Shown in pieces: positions 20,445 to 36,200 of a stretch of 64,000 nt of DNA (positions are counted from its first letter, which is position 1; each line of letters starts with the position of its first letter). Origin of the DNA: Balanoglossus misakiensis (Eukaryota > Animalia > Hemichordata); NCBI GenBank assembly GCA_040954595.2, contig CM082578.2:6247519-6311518 (forward strand), written 5' to 3'. Position numbers and translations under genes: made by a program. The notes beneath the pieces were generated by a model, which worked only from the letters and a program-made list of their open reading frames with translations, made no database searches and was not told the origin of the DNA.

Positions 20445-23400
20445 GAAGGTTATGCATACCCATCACAGCAGAGCCTTTTTTGTTATCCGTGTATATTAGC
20501 TTTTTCTGTTATCATTTCTCTTCATGTATAAGTTTATGTATTCCTTCAGAACGCACTATTACAGGGGTTTGTCGTTGCCACGACTTTTCACTTACATGTG
20601 CCTAGCGCCGCATTAAATCCACTGGTGTTTTTTTTAAAATCCAAGATGAAGACTGATGGACTCGTAAAGTAACTTAAAGGGACAAAGTCTCTCTCTCTCT
20701 CACTGGCCTTTTTCCATTAATTATGTTTGATTTAAGATACTGTCTATTTTATTCTACATGTAGATATATAGTGAGTCTACACAACTTCCATCCCACACAT
20801 GAGAGTGAAAAACTCGTCATAATGAATAATCGGTGTTTACCGTTTATAACTTTTGGCTAGATTTTTTCTCTCACATCCTACAAACGGGATGGACTGTGCA
20901 TGTGTGGTCTAACGTTGATTCACCATACATGTATATCCACATGTAGAACAATATAAACGATGTATTGCGCGTTTTCAAATCTCAAAATTGTATTTGTGAA
21001 AATTTCAAGAAAATGACAATACTGCAACACAGTTTTCTCAAAAATTCTACATGTAAAGCTATCATGGTATGTGATAACCACGCACTGCATCTGGGTATAG
21101 GCATCTGCCTCGAGGCGTGTTTGCATTTTAGAATAACCTTTCTAGAAGCGGTCTCGGTGATGGTGCACCTTTTGTTCTAAAAAAAAACAGCTGCACGTCT
21201 TTCCGTGATATTCCGCGCTCGTCTTGCATTTTCTTTGCTCATCTGACGTTCGAATCGACGTCTGAGCCGGAATGATGAAACGGTTTCCGTTTCTCTGGAG
21301 TTACCTGCCGTCAATGTGGACTGCTGTCAAATTACAGCATTTAATATTCTTCTCCCATCAAACTGAAGAATGCCGCGGAAGAGCAGCTGCCATCACCATG
21401 GAAACAAAACATCGCGAATTCTCAAGTTAGGGAGAGACAAGCAATAAAGTTCATTCTCAGTGCTACGGTCTGTTCACAACGCTGAGAGGAAACCATGGCA
21501 ACATATTCACATTTGGAAGCAACAGTTCTTATTTATCAACAGTGTAATTTATCCTGTCGCTTTATCTAGGGGAAGACCATTTGATTTCCTTGGGGAGGGA
21601 CAGTTTTAGAAATTACTATTTGCATGTTTTATTATTTTCTTAGCCCGGGTTTCCGTATTGATATTTTATTGTATTACAAAGTCCCCAACAAAACACGCGC
21701 TACATTTTTGCTTGTTGGCCGAGTTTAATTAGAGCACTTGAGTTACGCTACCGCCGTGTCGGAATATTGACCGCGGTAATATCGCTTTAGCATATGCCAG
21801 ATCGCAATACACAGCTATACATTTGAATTTTGCATTTATATAGAGCTTTTGGTCTCAAGGGACCATGTCCCGGTATTTTGTTTCATTGTGATAGTTACAG
21901 GTAGATGCCGTAGGCCCTGTTCGAATATTCGTGGCGACAACCTGGAGAGCACAAAGGACTTTTAATTTCAACTTCTAAAAATGAACACAATCAAAATGAT
22001 GTCAAACTATTTTGTACCATCTAATATAAAACGGGTTATTATAATACTACCGCTGACAAAGACAGATTGCCGTCGGTGATGCTACACCCTTGTAACATTG
22101 AAGTTCATCTACCTGGATAAATTGACAATGATTCAGTGTCGATTCCCAAGCGACCCTAAAGTTAATAGACCCTGACCGGGTCGGTGTTGAATAGCGAGAA
22201 AACTGCACGTTGGACGCTTTTCAAAAGTAATGCCTATTTGTTAACAGATGTATGGTAATTATAGAAGACGCATCTGCCAAATGACATTGTTGGGTGAACA
22301 TAATGAGGGCCTGGGCCCGGTCCCGTATGTTGCACCGGCCGGGTTTGTGAATATGTAAAGGTTAACCATATTAAAGTGATGGAGAATTTCCCAAATTAAT
22401 GTGCATTTTTTCACTTTTGGAGGTTACCTTTTGAGAATCTGACTTGTTCTTCACAAAGCGTCCATGAATAAATTAACACAACATTCAGAATTGCCTTTAG
22501 TATGCGCCATTTTCAATTGTTTGGTATAGTCATTTGGTCTTTAGGGGAACAGTTGCTATATCTTTTGACGTCATCACGTTACCCTGCCAACAGCGACATC
22601 AGTCTCAGCCTGCGTGTAGACACAACAATAATGACGTCATATCTGGCGTTTTCTGAAGCCGAAGTGTTCTTGTCACTCTACAAGCATGACATCTTTGGCC
22701 TCGCCTTGGTTCTTGGTACCTTGGCTGTGGGGGTCTGTGTAACCGAGGGACGAGAAGAAAAACATGATAATAATTGCCATTCTCAGCAGATGGAACTACA
22801 AGGAAAATAGGGCCCCAGAATGTTGATAGATTTTTCCAAGTAGCTACTCACTGCTGACTTTCATCCTTTACTTGGTGTTTCTTGACAAACATGTATTAGA
22901 TTTGGAAAACGCATTCCTTATAGCATTCGACCCCCCCCCCTTCCCATATCCATTGGCCCGCCCTTAGGAAGTTCACGTCGTATCATCTCATGTCGTCCAA
23001 TGCACACATATTCATCATTCACAACTGAGTCTGTCTGTCAGCAGAGTTTAAATATAGCATCACCTGTGATAGGGACAAACCTAAATATTGTAAATATGAA
23101 CAACAAATTTGCAATTTGTGTGTGTGGTTTTAATGTAGTCTCCGAATGGTACTGACTTTTTAGCCAAACCGGAGGGGGCTAATGCAAGTTAATTCTTTTC
23201 CTAGGATAATGTACAGGGTTGTGAATATCCGTTTGTATCGCCTTCGTTCCTCAAATGGAGTTTTATCCCCCGCCAATTGATATGGGTCAGCAGTACCTTC
23301 AAGAAATGCCCTGATATATATGATCAATTCGTTACTACAAATCCGACTGGGCCACTTTATGATTGACAAGCGGAACATGTTTCACCGTGTATAAAGCACA

Positions 23401-25682
23401 ATATCCGTGCTGGGCAGGGAGGTTACCGATAATCGCCACACAGCGACCATCACCGTGAATAAGTTATGAAAGCTACACTTTCACATTTCTGATAGTCATG
23501 ACTTCAAGACTCCGACTTCAGGTCACCGATATCGGCAAGTTAATTGGACCATCTTGATGTGCATGTCTACATGCGCGGATTAAACCGCGATATTTCATGA
23601 AGGAACGTCAAGCGCAAATGGAAGCTCATCTGGTAGCCGTTTCAGATTGACGTCTGCGCGATCACATTTTAAAGTCAGAAGAAAACGGCAATGATTGTTG
23701 TTGTCACGCTTTTAGTTTGGCATCCGCCAGTTATAACCGCCAAATAAAAAAATATGCTCTCCACGTCCATGGGAATATGTGAAACAAAACCCCTGCCGTC
23801 GACATATGATTCTGGAATGTCTGTCTCGATGAAAAGCTCCGTTGGTTGCTTCTATCCAGAATGAGACTTTATTGGCGATCATTGGAGGTCATTTCACTGA
23901 TGCACCCTTGGGCCTTTTTTCCTTCCACATATTGGAGAGAAAATGTCATTTGACTCGCATGATGTGACCGATTCCGCGCAGAAGACAGCCACTGTATAAA
24001 ATAATCTGATTGAATCTGTAATGAACGTCGAGATTGAAACAGCGGGCCACACATATACTTGAGTACACTCGAAACTGGGAGGCATAGATGTGTAATAGAT
24101 CAAACATGTATGAAATACCGGGAATCCGTATGCAATTGATGGTCCGACAAGATATGATGAATCCACTTAGTGTATTGCCGGCAGGGATTTCTCACACCTA
24201 AAGCATATCTGCGCATCTGTGAATTGACGGGAGTCGAAACTAACCGACCCCGCGCACGACTAAACTCGTGTCAGTCGTACGTGCAGTGCTCTTGCAGAAA
24301 ACACCACGCGTGAATTATACAAATCGACCGATACATCTTTAGGCCCTGAGATACATCACCAACATTTGCACATATTTTCGCCCGGTTTCAGGCGTGGAGT
24401 TCATAAGGCGATACATTTGCTGCACCGTTTACTTCAGTTGAGCCGCGATAAATGACTCTGCTTGAAATTTCTCAATAGTTTTGTAAGCCTGTTTCCATGC
24501 GCTCCGACCCGGGGGCGACACTCCAGCAATTCATATAGAAAAAAATGGGTGATGCATCTATTGTACATGTAAGTTGTTTTTGTCGTTCTTGTCGTTGTTC
24601 ACGGCATTCGTCATTAAATCCAAGAGTGTGCGTTGACCAGTGTGTTAAACACAACGCGACGTGGGCATTACACTCTCGTCTCTTTAAAATCATAGCTGGG
24701 GGATCTCGGCACGGTAATTGTAGCGTTTAGGTTCAAAGTACCATTGCTTTGTTTAAATCACTGCGGTTGAACCTTTGCTTAGTATACGTGAAAGAGTTTT
24801 CAACTGCCTCGTTGCACGTGTTAATGGGACTTCTGTTAGAAGACGGTGACAGTATCCTAACGATCCGTACGCTCCCCAAGTGACATAAATCACTCAAAGG
24901 TCGCGATTAGCTTGTTTGTGTTTCAGAAATATAGCGACAAATTGCAGTTTTTCCGAAAGACCGCCATGAACCGAACATCACTAAAATTCGAAATTGTTCT
25001 CGTAAGACCAAGGTGAGCTCAGCTCTGAATAAATGTATGTCAATCTCGAGGAGTTCTATGTAAACAAGTCAAATTAAAGCGACATTAGGCGTCTTTTCCC
25101 CGTCGCTATTACAATGCAGAATACACGGCTTATCAAAGGGTGGCCATAAATCACATTGCATTGAATGATCACCGTCGCGAAGACGGTCACATGAAATCCA
25201 CTCGACAGAAACTGACATTAGGCAGACATCATCGACGTGGACATGTATTGCAATTTTACGTCCCACTAACTCGGCTAAGCCAAGTCATTAAATTCGTTGA
25301 AGTGAGTGGCTCGCAATATATGTGTTCGCCGTGTCAAAAAGGTTTATTTGTCTTTCATCTTCGGTGACGGGCAAAAAAGCCAAGAGTTGCGTGAGCTTAT
25401 TAAACGGTACTCTCGTTCCAATATTACTGTCTAACTGAACACTATGCAACACGAATAAACCATATTCCGACCTTCACGAGACCATGCGAGATCTCGCGTG
25501 GTTACATGTATGCAGTTTACTAGTATATGGGAGGACATTCTCATGGATAACAAACACAGCCAAATGGCCAAATGTGTTAAACGAAAATTCACTGCCATGC
25601 AAGAGAGTCGCTATATATGACTCTACTTTGTTTCAAGGCGGATTTTGTAGTTAGTTGACCCAAACTAGATTGCGTAAGATTG

Positions 25683-26029
25683 TTACTACAGAATTCTAAA
25701 TAGCTGCAACGAACTCCAAACTAGCAACACCGTATTTCTTTGATTGGAGCGACACGTAAATATCTTGGTCAGAAGGTAACTACGAGCTTCTTAGAGCAGC
25801 ATTCGACACGCTAAACAACTCTCGTCGTCCGTGCTCGAATCTTCTACCCCTTTCAATTCACGTCTCTCTCAACACGCACTACTTCAACTGCGCAATTGGG
25901 ATGGGGGCGCCTCTTTGTCTACTAAATTGTGACGTTGTTACAATTTTAGAGATAACGTGTCGCTCCCATCAAAGGAACACGGTGTTGCCAGTTTGGCGTT
26001 CGTTGCAGCTATTTAGAATTCTGTAGTAA
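25683..26029. mobile_element. MITE with about 75-bp TIRs (TA or TWA target; superfamily unresolved)
   Basis: TTACTACAGAATTCTAAATAGCTGCAACGAAC... is mirrored by ...GTTCGTTGCAGCTATTTAGAATTCTGTAGTAA. Confidence 0.85.
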
Positions 26030-29000
26030 TACAACTCTAATAAATGCTAAAAACTAATTTAGCCTATGGTGGATCAAAACATATAATGTGTCTTAGTAGC
26101 TGAAGTTGAACAACCGCATCATTTAATTTAATTCCATAAAAAGCAAACTTTATGTCTGTTTTAAAGGGAACTATCGAACAAGATATCCATTCGAGTTTTT
26201 CTCAGCTCTGCATAAGCCCAAGTGTGTATTAACTATTTTTCTATGGCGGGTCGTTAAACCTTTCCTCTAAAAACCTTCATTATTATTTTTTTAATGTTGC
26301 TGTTCTTATTGGATATCCAGCTCCTTCAAGAATAATGGACTCCCTATATTTACCTATCAACCCGTAGTCGATATGTATACGTTCAACAATCACAGTGGCT
26401 GTTACTTCCCGTGTGCTCTCACTATCTTCGCGGTATTATTTTGTCTTTATCTGTGAAAGCAGTTGCAATGTCAAAAGTTAGGGAGCGATATCGCCGCATG
26501 TCTTAGGGACAACCATTACAGTGTTATTATTTGAAGTTAGAATAAAGGTACTGTATTTTAACGCTTGGGGTTACTTTTAATACCTAACTCAGTTTTCGCG
26601 CGAAAACGATTTTCCCATGCCTCGCGTTCCCTTGTGCTAAAAATACTGCAACAGTCCATGCGCGCCGTGTGACCCTATTCACGATGACGTACACTGAGAT
26701 TTCACCGCGGGCATTAAAGTCAAGTACATACAAATGTATAATACTTATGAGATTGGAATATGGTTAATCTCGGGGTTAATCTTAAACTGCATGCGAGGCA
26801 TTTATCACACAGACGATCGCCAAAACGATACAACTGTGAAAAGAACCGAAGATCTCATCGATTCGGCGCACAATTAATCACAGTTGTCGCCATTACTTCG
26901 TAAGACGCACCTCATCCATTGTCAGCCGACGCCTAATGATCGGTAAGCCTGGCCTACATATTGACTCGAACTTAATCGTCTGCATCGTTCAAAATCCACG
27001 AGATCAGTGAAACAGATGGCAGCTCATAAAACCCTGTTGTTCGTGAGGTTCCTATTCTTTGGGTCATCTGTAATCTTTTTCAGATGGTTTTATTTGTGCG
27101 TATAAGCAAAATCCGTTGACATAAATAAAATTCGTGCAGAGGGGCGATAAATGAAACAGTGTATTCAGATAGTCCCGTGAATGATGGCTCGCCCCGACAG
27201 CAGTAATTTCACGTGTATTGTAGTTTATTAGATAACAGAAGGAAGTCTGAGTGATGTGAAATGATAACGATGTGCGTGTTTACCTGTGTATTATAGTAGT
27301 GGGGTTCACATTCAACATTTATCATTCGTTCCTATAGTATCATCTGACATATTGATCTGACACAGTAGATTTCAAGTGATAGTTCGGGCACGATCACATT
27401 AACTATGACATACGTTTAAATGCACGGTTTTTGTCAGTAAAATATGGCAGCAAATTGTGTACAGCGTATATCAGTTTCAATGCAAAGCAAATGGCAGCAA
27501 AAACATATGCAGTGATCGCATCATCCAATAACCAAACTCCCGCATGGACAAAAGTTGCAAAAGCTGCAACTTTTTTGGATAATTATCATATTTTGTTTCA
27601 AACCGTATAACCATTAGTCCAATTAGTCCATACAGATGTATGGGCTGAAGTATATACAGGTAGTATTAACCCTAAATATGAGTGCACATGCAAGTTTTAT
27701 CCAGATAAATGATGATGTTTTGCCGCAAAGAAATATGGCCGCCACCGTGGGAAAGTGCATATACATTAAAACGTTGGCTTCTCCACTTTGAAACTTTAGA
27801 AACAAATCATGATCTCATCCACTAGAACTCATGGAAGTAAATGTACTCCACTGAGATATTGCCTTTTTAAAATTGCTGGAAATGTCAACTGTACTTATAT
27901 TTCTTCAATCTGGTGGCCGTTTTGTCAAAAATAAGTGCCATCTATCAGGTAACATCAGCCTTTCCAAGATTATTTTTGATACTTAAAGCTTGATATATTT
28001 TATGGAGTTGCAGCTCATGTGGCTTTAACCAGTTATGTGACAATTTCAGTTCTGTGTTTCTAATGAGAACAGATTAGGAGTATACGTTCGATGATTCCCG
28101 CTATTTCGTACAGATAATCAAAATTCAATTTTAACCTCAAAGTACTTTACAAATATCAAATGACGCATATTTCCCTAATATATAACAATTTCACACAGCT
28201 GATACAAAATACTGTGATAAAATGTTATCTTCTAAAAAATCCATGCTATGATTTAAAGGAATATGTCATCGCGTAAAAATGACCCCATGGTGCAGAATCC
28301 CCATAAATTTGTATTCAAAAAGAATTTGCAACCGTTATCATTTGGTCTGCACCAAGTGGTATGCAAATGTTGGAGATATGTAAATGTTGCGATATAAACC
28401 GACGCTGAATGAATCTCTATTACACCCCATTTGAAATGGTTTAACCCTATAGTAAATCACGCCGTTTCGTACTGAGTGTGTATATACATGTACAAACTAA
28501 TTGATAATCTCGAAGTAGCATCAATATTGTAGATCAGGGATGCTGTTCTTCAAGCGGCGTCCCTATAATTCTCCGAGCCCACATCCAGACAGATCATCAA
28601 ATTCTCCCAAAGCCCGGTACGAAACAACGCCATTTGTAATACAGTATTCACTTACTGATCCTTTGGGAGAAGTTAACCGACCGACTGATTATTTGCTGTT
28701 GATTTAGTAGTAATTTCGGTCTCGTAAAGATTATACACCCAAAACTTTGCGGTCTCCGGGCAAACGTGCACACAAAACGACACTTCCTATATACGCAGGA
28801 AGGAAATACATTTCAGTTATAGCGTGCGCGGAACTTTCAACTGACGAAATAATCTGGACTAAATGCCATCCGGATGATTCTCCGCATCTCAGTGTACGAA
28901 GCAATCACAAGAAGAAGATGGTCCCATTTTTGAGTTGGGGATAAAAGATGGAGACAAGCTCTCACGGGCGCGTTGCCATCGCGACAAATTCGTCATTGAT

Positions 29001-29484
29001 GATAGAAGATGAGCATGCCACAAAGAAAATGCCTCCGTGTGCCTATTTGGGTTTGTCACCGGGTCAAGAAGAATAAATGTAATAGCTTTCTGACTCTCAT
29101 ATCATGGTATTCTTCTCTTTGAAATGTTATTTTTAGTTGTAAAGATCCATGCGTAAGGCACCGATAATTACGTCATAAAGATGGCGACAACACAAAGTGG
29201 ACGGTATTTTCGTGTATTCATTTTGTATAATGCTCAGCAGGTAAACCAGACTCATGGTGATTTTGAAGATGCTGTAATTTCTTTCTCATCAAAAACGTAG
29301 CGTCTAGTACATTCAACGACATTACGTTTGGAACATCTATATACCACGTGGGGGTTTCTGGATATATAGATGTACATGTATAATGTGATACTAAATCACA
29401 CTATTCGTTAGGAGGAGACATGTTTCAACTACTCTTGTCACCATGTTATTTACGAATAAGCTTTGGAGTTCCATTTTACTGTAG

Positions 29485-29551
29485 TGAGTGAGAGAGGGGG
29501 AGAGAGCGAGGGAGAGAGAGAGAGAATGAGAGAGAGCGAGTGAGAGAGAGA
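29485..29551. repeat. Imperfect (GA)n microsatellite
   Basis: Direct reading. Confidence 0.85.
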
Positions 29552-30167
29552 AACCCTCAGTCAAGGGTTGGTACCCTCGTCTCGCCATTTGCATTGTGGA
29601 ATCGACCTACAAACGGCACAACACGGAACAAATAAAGGATGTAAAAGAAGATTTAAAGAGATGAGTAATATTATAACTTATTTGCCTGAAGTATAGTTTA
29701 CACGTCTTTGCGTTTCGACCCACATAGGTTATTCATATCGCAGTGAAAGCTTCCTTTGTTAGAAATTAAACATACATTGCAATTCAAGCTTATCAAATAT
29801 TTAAAGTCACCATGTCGGGAAGTAAGCTGACTGGTTAAGAAAGATGGACAAACTGTAAAATAGAACAACTGAGCTCTCATTCGTCACAATATACGCTGGG
29901 AGAAGATTGATTGCCCTGGGAGAATAATGCTGTCGCAACTCCATAAATGTCACACACGTCTCTGTTAACATAGATTTGTGCATCGAGGGGAAACCTGATT
30001 CTTGTAGGGGTCATACGACATACACCTGCGATAGCGCGCAGGTACTTGGTTTTTAAAATTACACTTATTCTATTTGAACGTTCATGCCGCATTCAATGAT
30101 TGTGGACATCTCGGGAACACTTTGTCTGATTCGATGCAGATGTGTAAATGTCATTTATGTCGCGATC

Positions 30168-30226
30168 AAAACTAAACTAAACTAAACTAAACTAAACTAA
30201 ACTAAACTAAACTAAACTAAACTAAA
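30168..30226. repeat. (AAACT)n microsatellite
   Basis: About 12 perfect units. Confidence 0.95.
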
Positions 30227-31833
30227 CATGGCAAAATAGAAGATCAAAAGATAACACCAACTTTAGTATTAGAGTTTACCACCCACAATATCGTTTTACT
30301 AAGTGCGTTTGTAATAACGCAAAATGAGAACTATCTGCTGAATGCATTAATGGTGCTTTCAGCGTAATATCATTCTCGCTGTAGGGTTTTAATCATGCAT
30401 GCATGCATGCATGCATGCGTGAATATCCATCCCGCTGCCAAATATAATTTCACACAAATCATTCCCACCATTCTCACGTCTATTACGAACCACAATATAC
30501 ATGTATTGCAAAACCATTCTCTTGTTAAACAGCAAACTTGCAATCGCAGCGTTTATCTCGAGAGCAAGTTCGTCTCTTAGATTTTGCGGTGGTCATGCGT
30601 GTGTATTTCAAATCTCTTAAGCATAAATCAAGACGTATTGTTCAGAGAATTAATTCAGAACAATGTTCGAATGGAGATCAGCACAAGGCTACATCTCCAT
30701 AGAGGTGTCAGTTGGGAATTGCTCATTGATGGAGTGACAGTGTTTAACATGAAGACCTAAGATTAATATCGGCCATGGGCGTGTAAAACTCAACAAGGCC
30801 AATTTGGTATTAATGGACTGCGTGTGTAGGCCTATATAGGGAGAAATTTCTCCAGGCACGAGGGAGCCCAGAAAGAATTAACATGAGACCGCTGAGGGCT
30901 TTCAAAATGGCTGTAAAATAGCGCCTTTATACCAAAACGCACCAACACCCGACCAATGCTGTGCAAGCCCTAAAAATACAAAATCTGGCTGTTTATATAT
31001 AGTTTTGCCGTGATAAATATTATTGACAGTAAGGAACAGCTATGGCATCGAAATGCGCAAAGGATTGATAATTAACACGCCGTCCACGCACTACTTGTAA
31101 GCACGTCTTCTTTCCTGTCAGATAAGAAATATGACTTATTGTTCAGATGTGAAGCGATCGAGATATTTCCTATTGCGCTCACCACATTTAAACCGCCACG
31201 ACTGACGTTGCAATTTATTGACGAGACCTGGAAACTGGATGAACGTGCCCACAGCTGAGTTTATCATATGCCTGCATGTCCTACTAAACTCAGATCCGTG
31301 TCAAAGTAATGGGTCAAAAGACTGAAATTGACACCCATCCATTCTGAAATAAATACTAAGTACAACTCCATGACAGCTAGGCCTACGGATTTCCATCTGC
31401 AGATCTTTCCTGGTCTCATAATCCTGCGCATTGAAAGAAATCATTCCTTTTTCTGTCAGAGACGCGTGACAAATTCGGAAATTAGAACTTTTAATTTTGG
31501 CATGCAGTAATGGACAACGTGTGAATTTTGACTGTCATTGATAGATGATAAATTTCCCTAACGAAACATCCTCAATGATAGAAGCAACAGTTTCGTGAGG
31601 TGGGTGGCATTTCAGACGCGGCGCACGACAAACATCTTCGTTCCGAGTATTACTAAGTCTAATAAGATTATCTGTGTGTATGGATTGTCATATAAGCCTT
31701 ATATATCTTGAAGGGCATATGTGGGTGCAGTCTCATTTGTGACACGCTGACACCATCCTATAAAATGTCATTTACTTCAGTCCTGGCAAATAGGGAAAAT
31801 GTCAACTACACCGGGTTTGAGAAGGTATAGTTT

Positions 31834-31899
31834 GAGACAGACAGACAGACAGGCAGACAGACGGAGACAGACAGACAGACAGACAGGCAGGCAGGCAAA

Positions 31900-31931
<32 letters not shown>

Positions 31932-31975
31932 CGGATTGCATTTACACATGTACACGCAAACACACACACACACAC
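31834..31975. repeat. Compound (GACA)n/(GAAA)n/(CA)n microsatellite
   Basis: Direct reading. Confidence 0.9.
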
Positions 31976-33290
31976 GGATGACGTACGTACACCCATGTAC
32001 ATATTATAGTAAGATAGTCTCATGGATATTCTATCACTTCTTCAACGCATGCGAATGACGACTCTCGCTTGCTGATATCAAAATGGAATCAATCCCACGC
32101 TCGCTAAAGCTTGATATATTTGACACACACAATGACATGTACAGGGGGAAATAAGACTCAAGGCTATAGTGATTTTACAATATATTTCGCAATAAATCAC
32201 CAAACACAATTTCAAGCAAATATGTTCAACTATCGTTGCATCGTCAACAATACACATTGAACAGCAGCTACATGTATATAATACTCGTCGTTTTAATTAA
32301 AAGTTTGCCTGATTGATGCTATGTGGATTTTGCGGCAAATTGGCTCAGGATGACCTGGCCTTTATATATCGTTGTTCTGGTGGAGTGTTGTAAAAACATG
32401 CTTACTGGGGTAAGACGATGAGTGCTCCAAGTCGAGCGGTAATTGGCGTTCAGTTTCTTCGTGTTCGCCATGAAAATAAAGCGTGGGTGTCTGACGACCA
32501 GCATATTGTGTATTTTCTGTCTGGCCAACAATTACAGACACTTATCATCCGGACATCTTGGAGTGCCAAGGTCTGGGGAGACTGCATATAGTCGAGCTAA
32601 CGACCCGCGTGAGCAGACGACATTATCCGAGCTTTGTTCTCATCAGTGCGTCATCAGCCTCTTCGCGGACCAACCATGGGTGTTGCTCAAACCGGTGTAT
32701 AAAAGCAGTCCATTAATAGACACACACGCGTAGTGAACGTGTTTGGCAACACATAATTCGTCTCATGACCAAGTTTCTGGGTATGTTTTTGCAGGCCCCT
32801 TCCTTACTTGTGTCGCAAGATCTGCTTGTCAGATATTCGTGTACATGTACTTGCATTTTTAAACAATCACACACACACACACCTGTTTTACAATGTGTAC
32901 CGTGTTCGCTATACTTAAACAGGAAATGAGTGTCTTTCGGTCTACGGGAATAATGACGTGCATTATTATGAGTAGTAAAAACAACACACTCAACTAGATA
33001 TTCAAGAAGTATGCATTATGGAATGAAATATGTACAATAAAACAACAGTGTTATAGCAACCAACACAACTGGTCCTGAATAGTGCAACGTGTACGTACAT
33101 TTCAACCAACGCAATAAATAACGATATAGTGTCTGAGACAAGATTTACAACCAATTTATGCAAGAAGTACTTTACACGCCGAACTTCGTGTTATTTGAAC
33201 ACACTGGTTGAATGTTATCTGCGTTCATCCTGAAACCTAGTTATCTTGAATGAATCGTTTCTCAGACTAATACCACGATCGCGGATCGCT

Positions 33291-36200
33291 TTCATGAGCT
33301 ATAACCCATGATTTTTTTCAAAAATCGACGAAATTTTCAGATTTCGCAAAGTCGAAAAATTGTCATTTTCTGTTGATTTTCATGAGCTATAACCCATGAC
33401 TTTTTTCAAAAATCGACGAAATTTTCAGATTTCGCAAAGTCGAAAAATTGTCATTTTCTGTTGATTTTCATGAGCTATAACCCATGATTTTTTTCAAAAA
33501 TCGACGAAATTTTGAAATTTCGCAAAGTCGAAAAATTGTCATTTTCTAATGATTTTCATGAGCTATAACCCATGATTTTTTCAAAAATCGGCGAAATTTT
33601 CAGATTTCGCATAGTCGAAAAATTGTCATTTTCTGATGATTTTAATGAGCTATAACCCATGATTTTTTCAAAAATCGGCGAAATTTTCAGATTTCGCAAA
33701 GTCGAAAAATATTTATTTTCTGATGATTTTCATGTGCTATAACTCATGATTTTTTTCAAAAATCGACGAAATTTTCAGATTTCGCAAAGTCGAAAAATTG
33801 TCATTTTCTGATGATTTTCATGAGCTATAACTCATGATTTTTTTCAAAAATCGACGAAATTTTCAGATTTCGCAAAGTCGAAAAATTATCATTTTCTGAT
33901 GATTTTCATGAGCTATAACCCATGATTGTTTTCAAAAATCGACGAAATTTTGAAATTTCGCAAAGTCGAAAAATTGTCATTTTCTGATGATTTTCATGAG
34001 CTATAACCCATGATTTTTTTCAAAAATCGACGAAATTATCAGATTTCGTAAGGTCGAAAAATTGTCATTTTCTGATGATTTTCATCAGCAATAACCCATG
34101 ATTTTTTTCAAAAATCGACGAAATTTTGAAATTTCGCAAAGTCGAAAAATTGTCATTTTCTGATGATTTTCATGAGCTATAACCCATGATTTTTTTCAAA
34201 AATCGACGAAATTTTCAGATTTCGCAAAGTCGAAAAATTGTCATTTTCTGATGATTTTCATGAGCTATAACTCATGATTTTTTTCAAAAATCGACGAAAT
34301 TTTGAAATTTCGCAAAGTCGAAAAATTGTTATTTTCTGATGATTTTCATGAGCTATAACCCATGCTTTTTTTGTAAAATAGACGAAATTTTCAGATTTCG
34401 CAAAGTCGAAAAATTATCATTTTCTGATGATTTTCATGAGCTATAACCCATGATTGTTTTCAAAAATCGACGAAATTTTCAGATTTCGCAAAGTCAAAAA
34501 ATTATCATTTTCTGATGATTTTCATGAGCTTTAACCCATGATTGTTTTCAAAAATCGACGAAATTATCAGATTTCGTAAGGTCAAAAAATTGTCATTTTC
34601 TGATGATTTTCATCAGCAATAACCCATGATTTTTTTCAAAAATCGACGAAATTTTGAAATTTCGCAAAGTCGAAAAATTGTCATTTTCTGATGATTTTCA
34701 TGAGCTATAACCCATGATTTTTTTCAAAAATCGACGAAATTTTCAGATTTCGCAAAGTCGAAAAATTGTCATTTTCTGATGATTTTCATGAGCTATAACT
34801 CATGATTTTTTTCAAAAATCGACGAAATTTTGAAATTTCGCAAAGTCGAAAAATTGTTATTTTCTGATGATTTTCATGAGCTATAACCCATGCTTTTTTT
34901 TTAAAATAGACGAAATTTTCAGATTTCGCAAAGTCGAAAAATTATCATTTTCTGATGATTTTCATGAGCTATAACCCATGATTTTTTTCAAAAATCGACG
35001 AAATTTTCAGATTTCGCAAAGTCGAAAAATTATCATTTTCTGATGATTTTCATGAGCTATAACCCATGATTGTTTTCAAAAATCGACGAAATTTTCAGAT
35101 TTCGCAAAGTCGAAAAATTGTCATTTTCTGTTGATTTTCATGAGCTATAACCCATGCTTTTTTTCAAAAATCGACGAAATTTTGAAATTTCGCAAAGTAG
35201 AAAAATTGTCATTTTCTGATGATTTTCATAAGCTATAACCCATGATTTTTTTCAAAAATCGACGAAATTTTCAGATTTCGCAAAGTCGAAAAATTGTCAT
35301 TTTCTGATGATTTTCATGAGCTATAACCCATGATTGTTTTCAAAAATCGACAAAATTTGAAATTTCGCAAAGTCGAAAAATTGTCATTTTCTGTTGATTT
35401 TCATGAGCTATAACCCATGATTTTTTTCAAAAATCGACGAAATTTTGAAATTTCGCAAAGTAGAAAAATTGTCATTTTCTGATGATTTTCATGAGCTATA
35501 ACCCATGATTTTTTTCAAAAATCGACGAAATTTTGAAATTTCGCAAAGTCGAAAAATTGTCATTTTCTGATGATTTTCATGAGCTATAACCCATGATTTT
35601 TTCAAAAATCGACGAAATTTTGAAATTTCGCAAAGTCGAAAAATTGTCATTTTCTGATGATTTTCACGAGCTATAACCCATGATTTTTTTCAAAAATCGA
35701 CGAAATTATCAGATTTCGCAAGGTCAAAAAATTGTCATTTTCTGATGATTTTCATGAGCAATAACCCATGATTTTTTTTCAAAAATCGACGAAATTTTGA
35801 AATTTCGCAAAGTCGAAAAATTGTCATTTTCTGATGATTTTCATGAGCTATAACCCATGATTTTTTTCAAAAATCGACGAAATTTTGAAATTTCGCAAAG
35901 TCGAAAAATATTTATTTTCTGATGATTTTCATGAGCTATAACCCATGATTTTTTTCGAAAATCGACGAAATTTTCAGATTTCGCAAAGTCAAAAAATTGT
36001 CATTTTCTGATGATTTTCATGAGCAATAACCCATGATTTTTTTCAAAAATCGACGAAATTTTCAGATTTCGCAAAGTCGAAAAATTGTCATTTTCTGATG
36101 ATTTTCATGAGCTATAACCCATGATTTTTTTCAAAAATCGACGAAATTTTGAAATTTCGCAAAGTCAAAAAATTGTCATTTTCTGATGATTTTCATGAGC

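Noticed and set aside
18505-20461. Shared 14-mer GGTTATGCATACCC at about 18510 (-) and 20448 (+) as possible inverted ends around the GPCR
   Set aside because: The match does not extend, is itself nearly palindromic, and has no TSD.
20675-20690. Lone TTAAAGGG Kolobok-like ends (also at about 26161 and 46783)
   Set aside because: I could not find matching opposite TIRs by eye.
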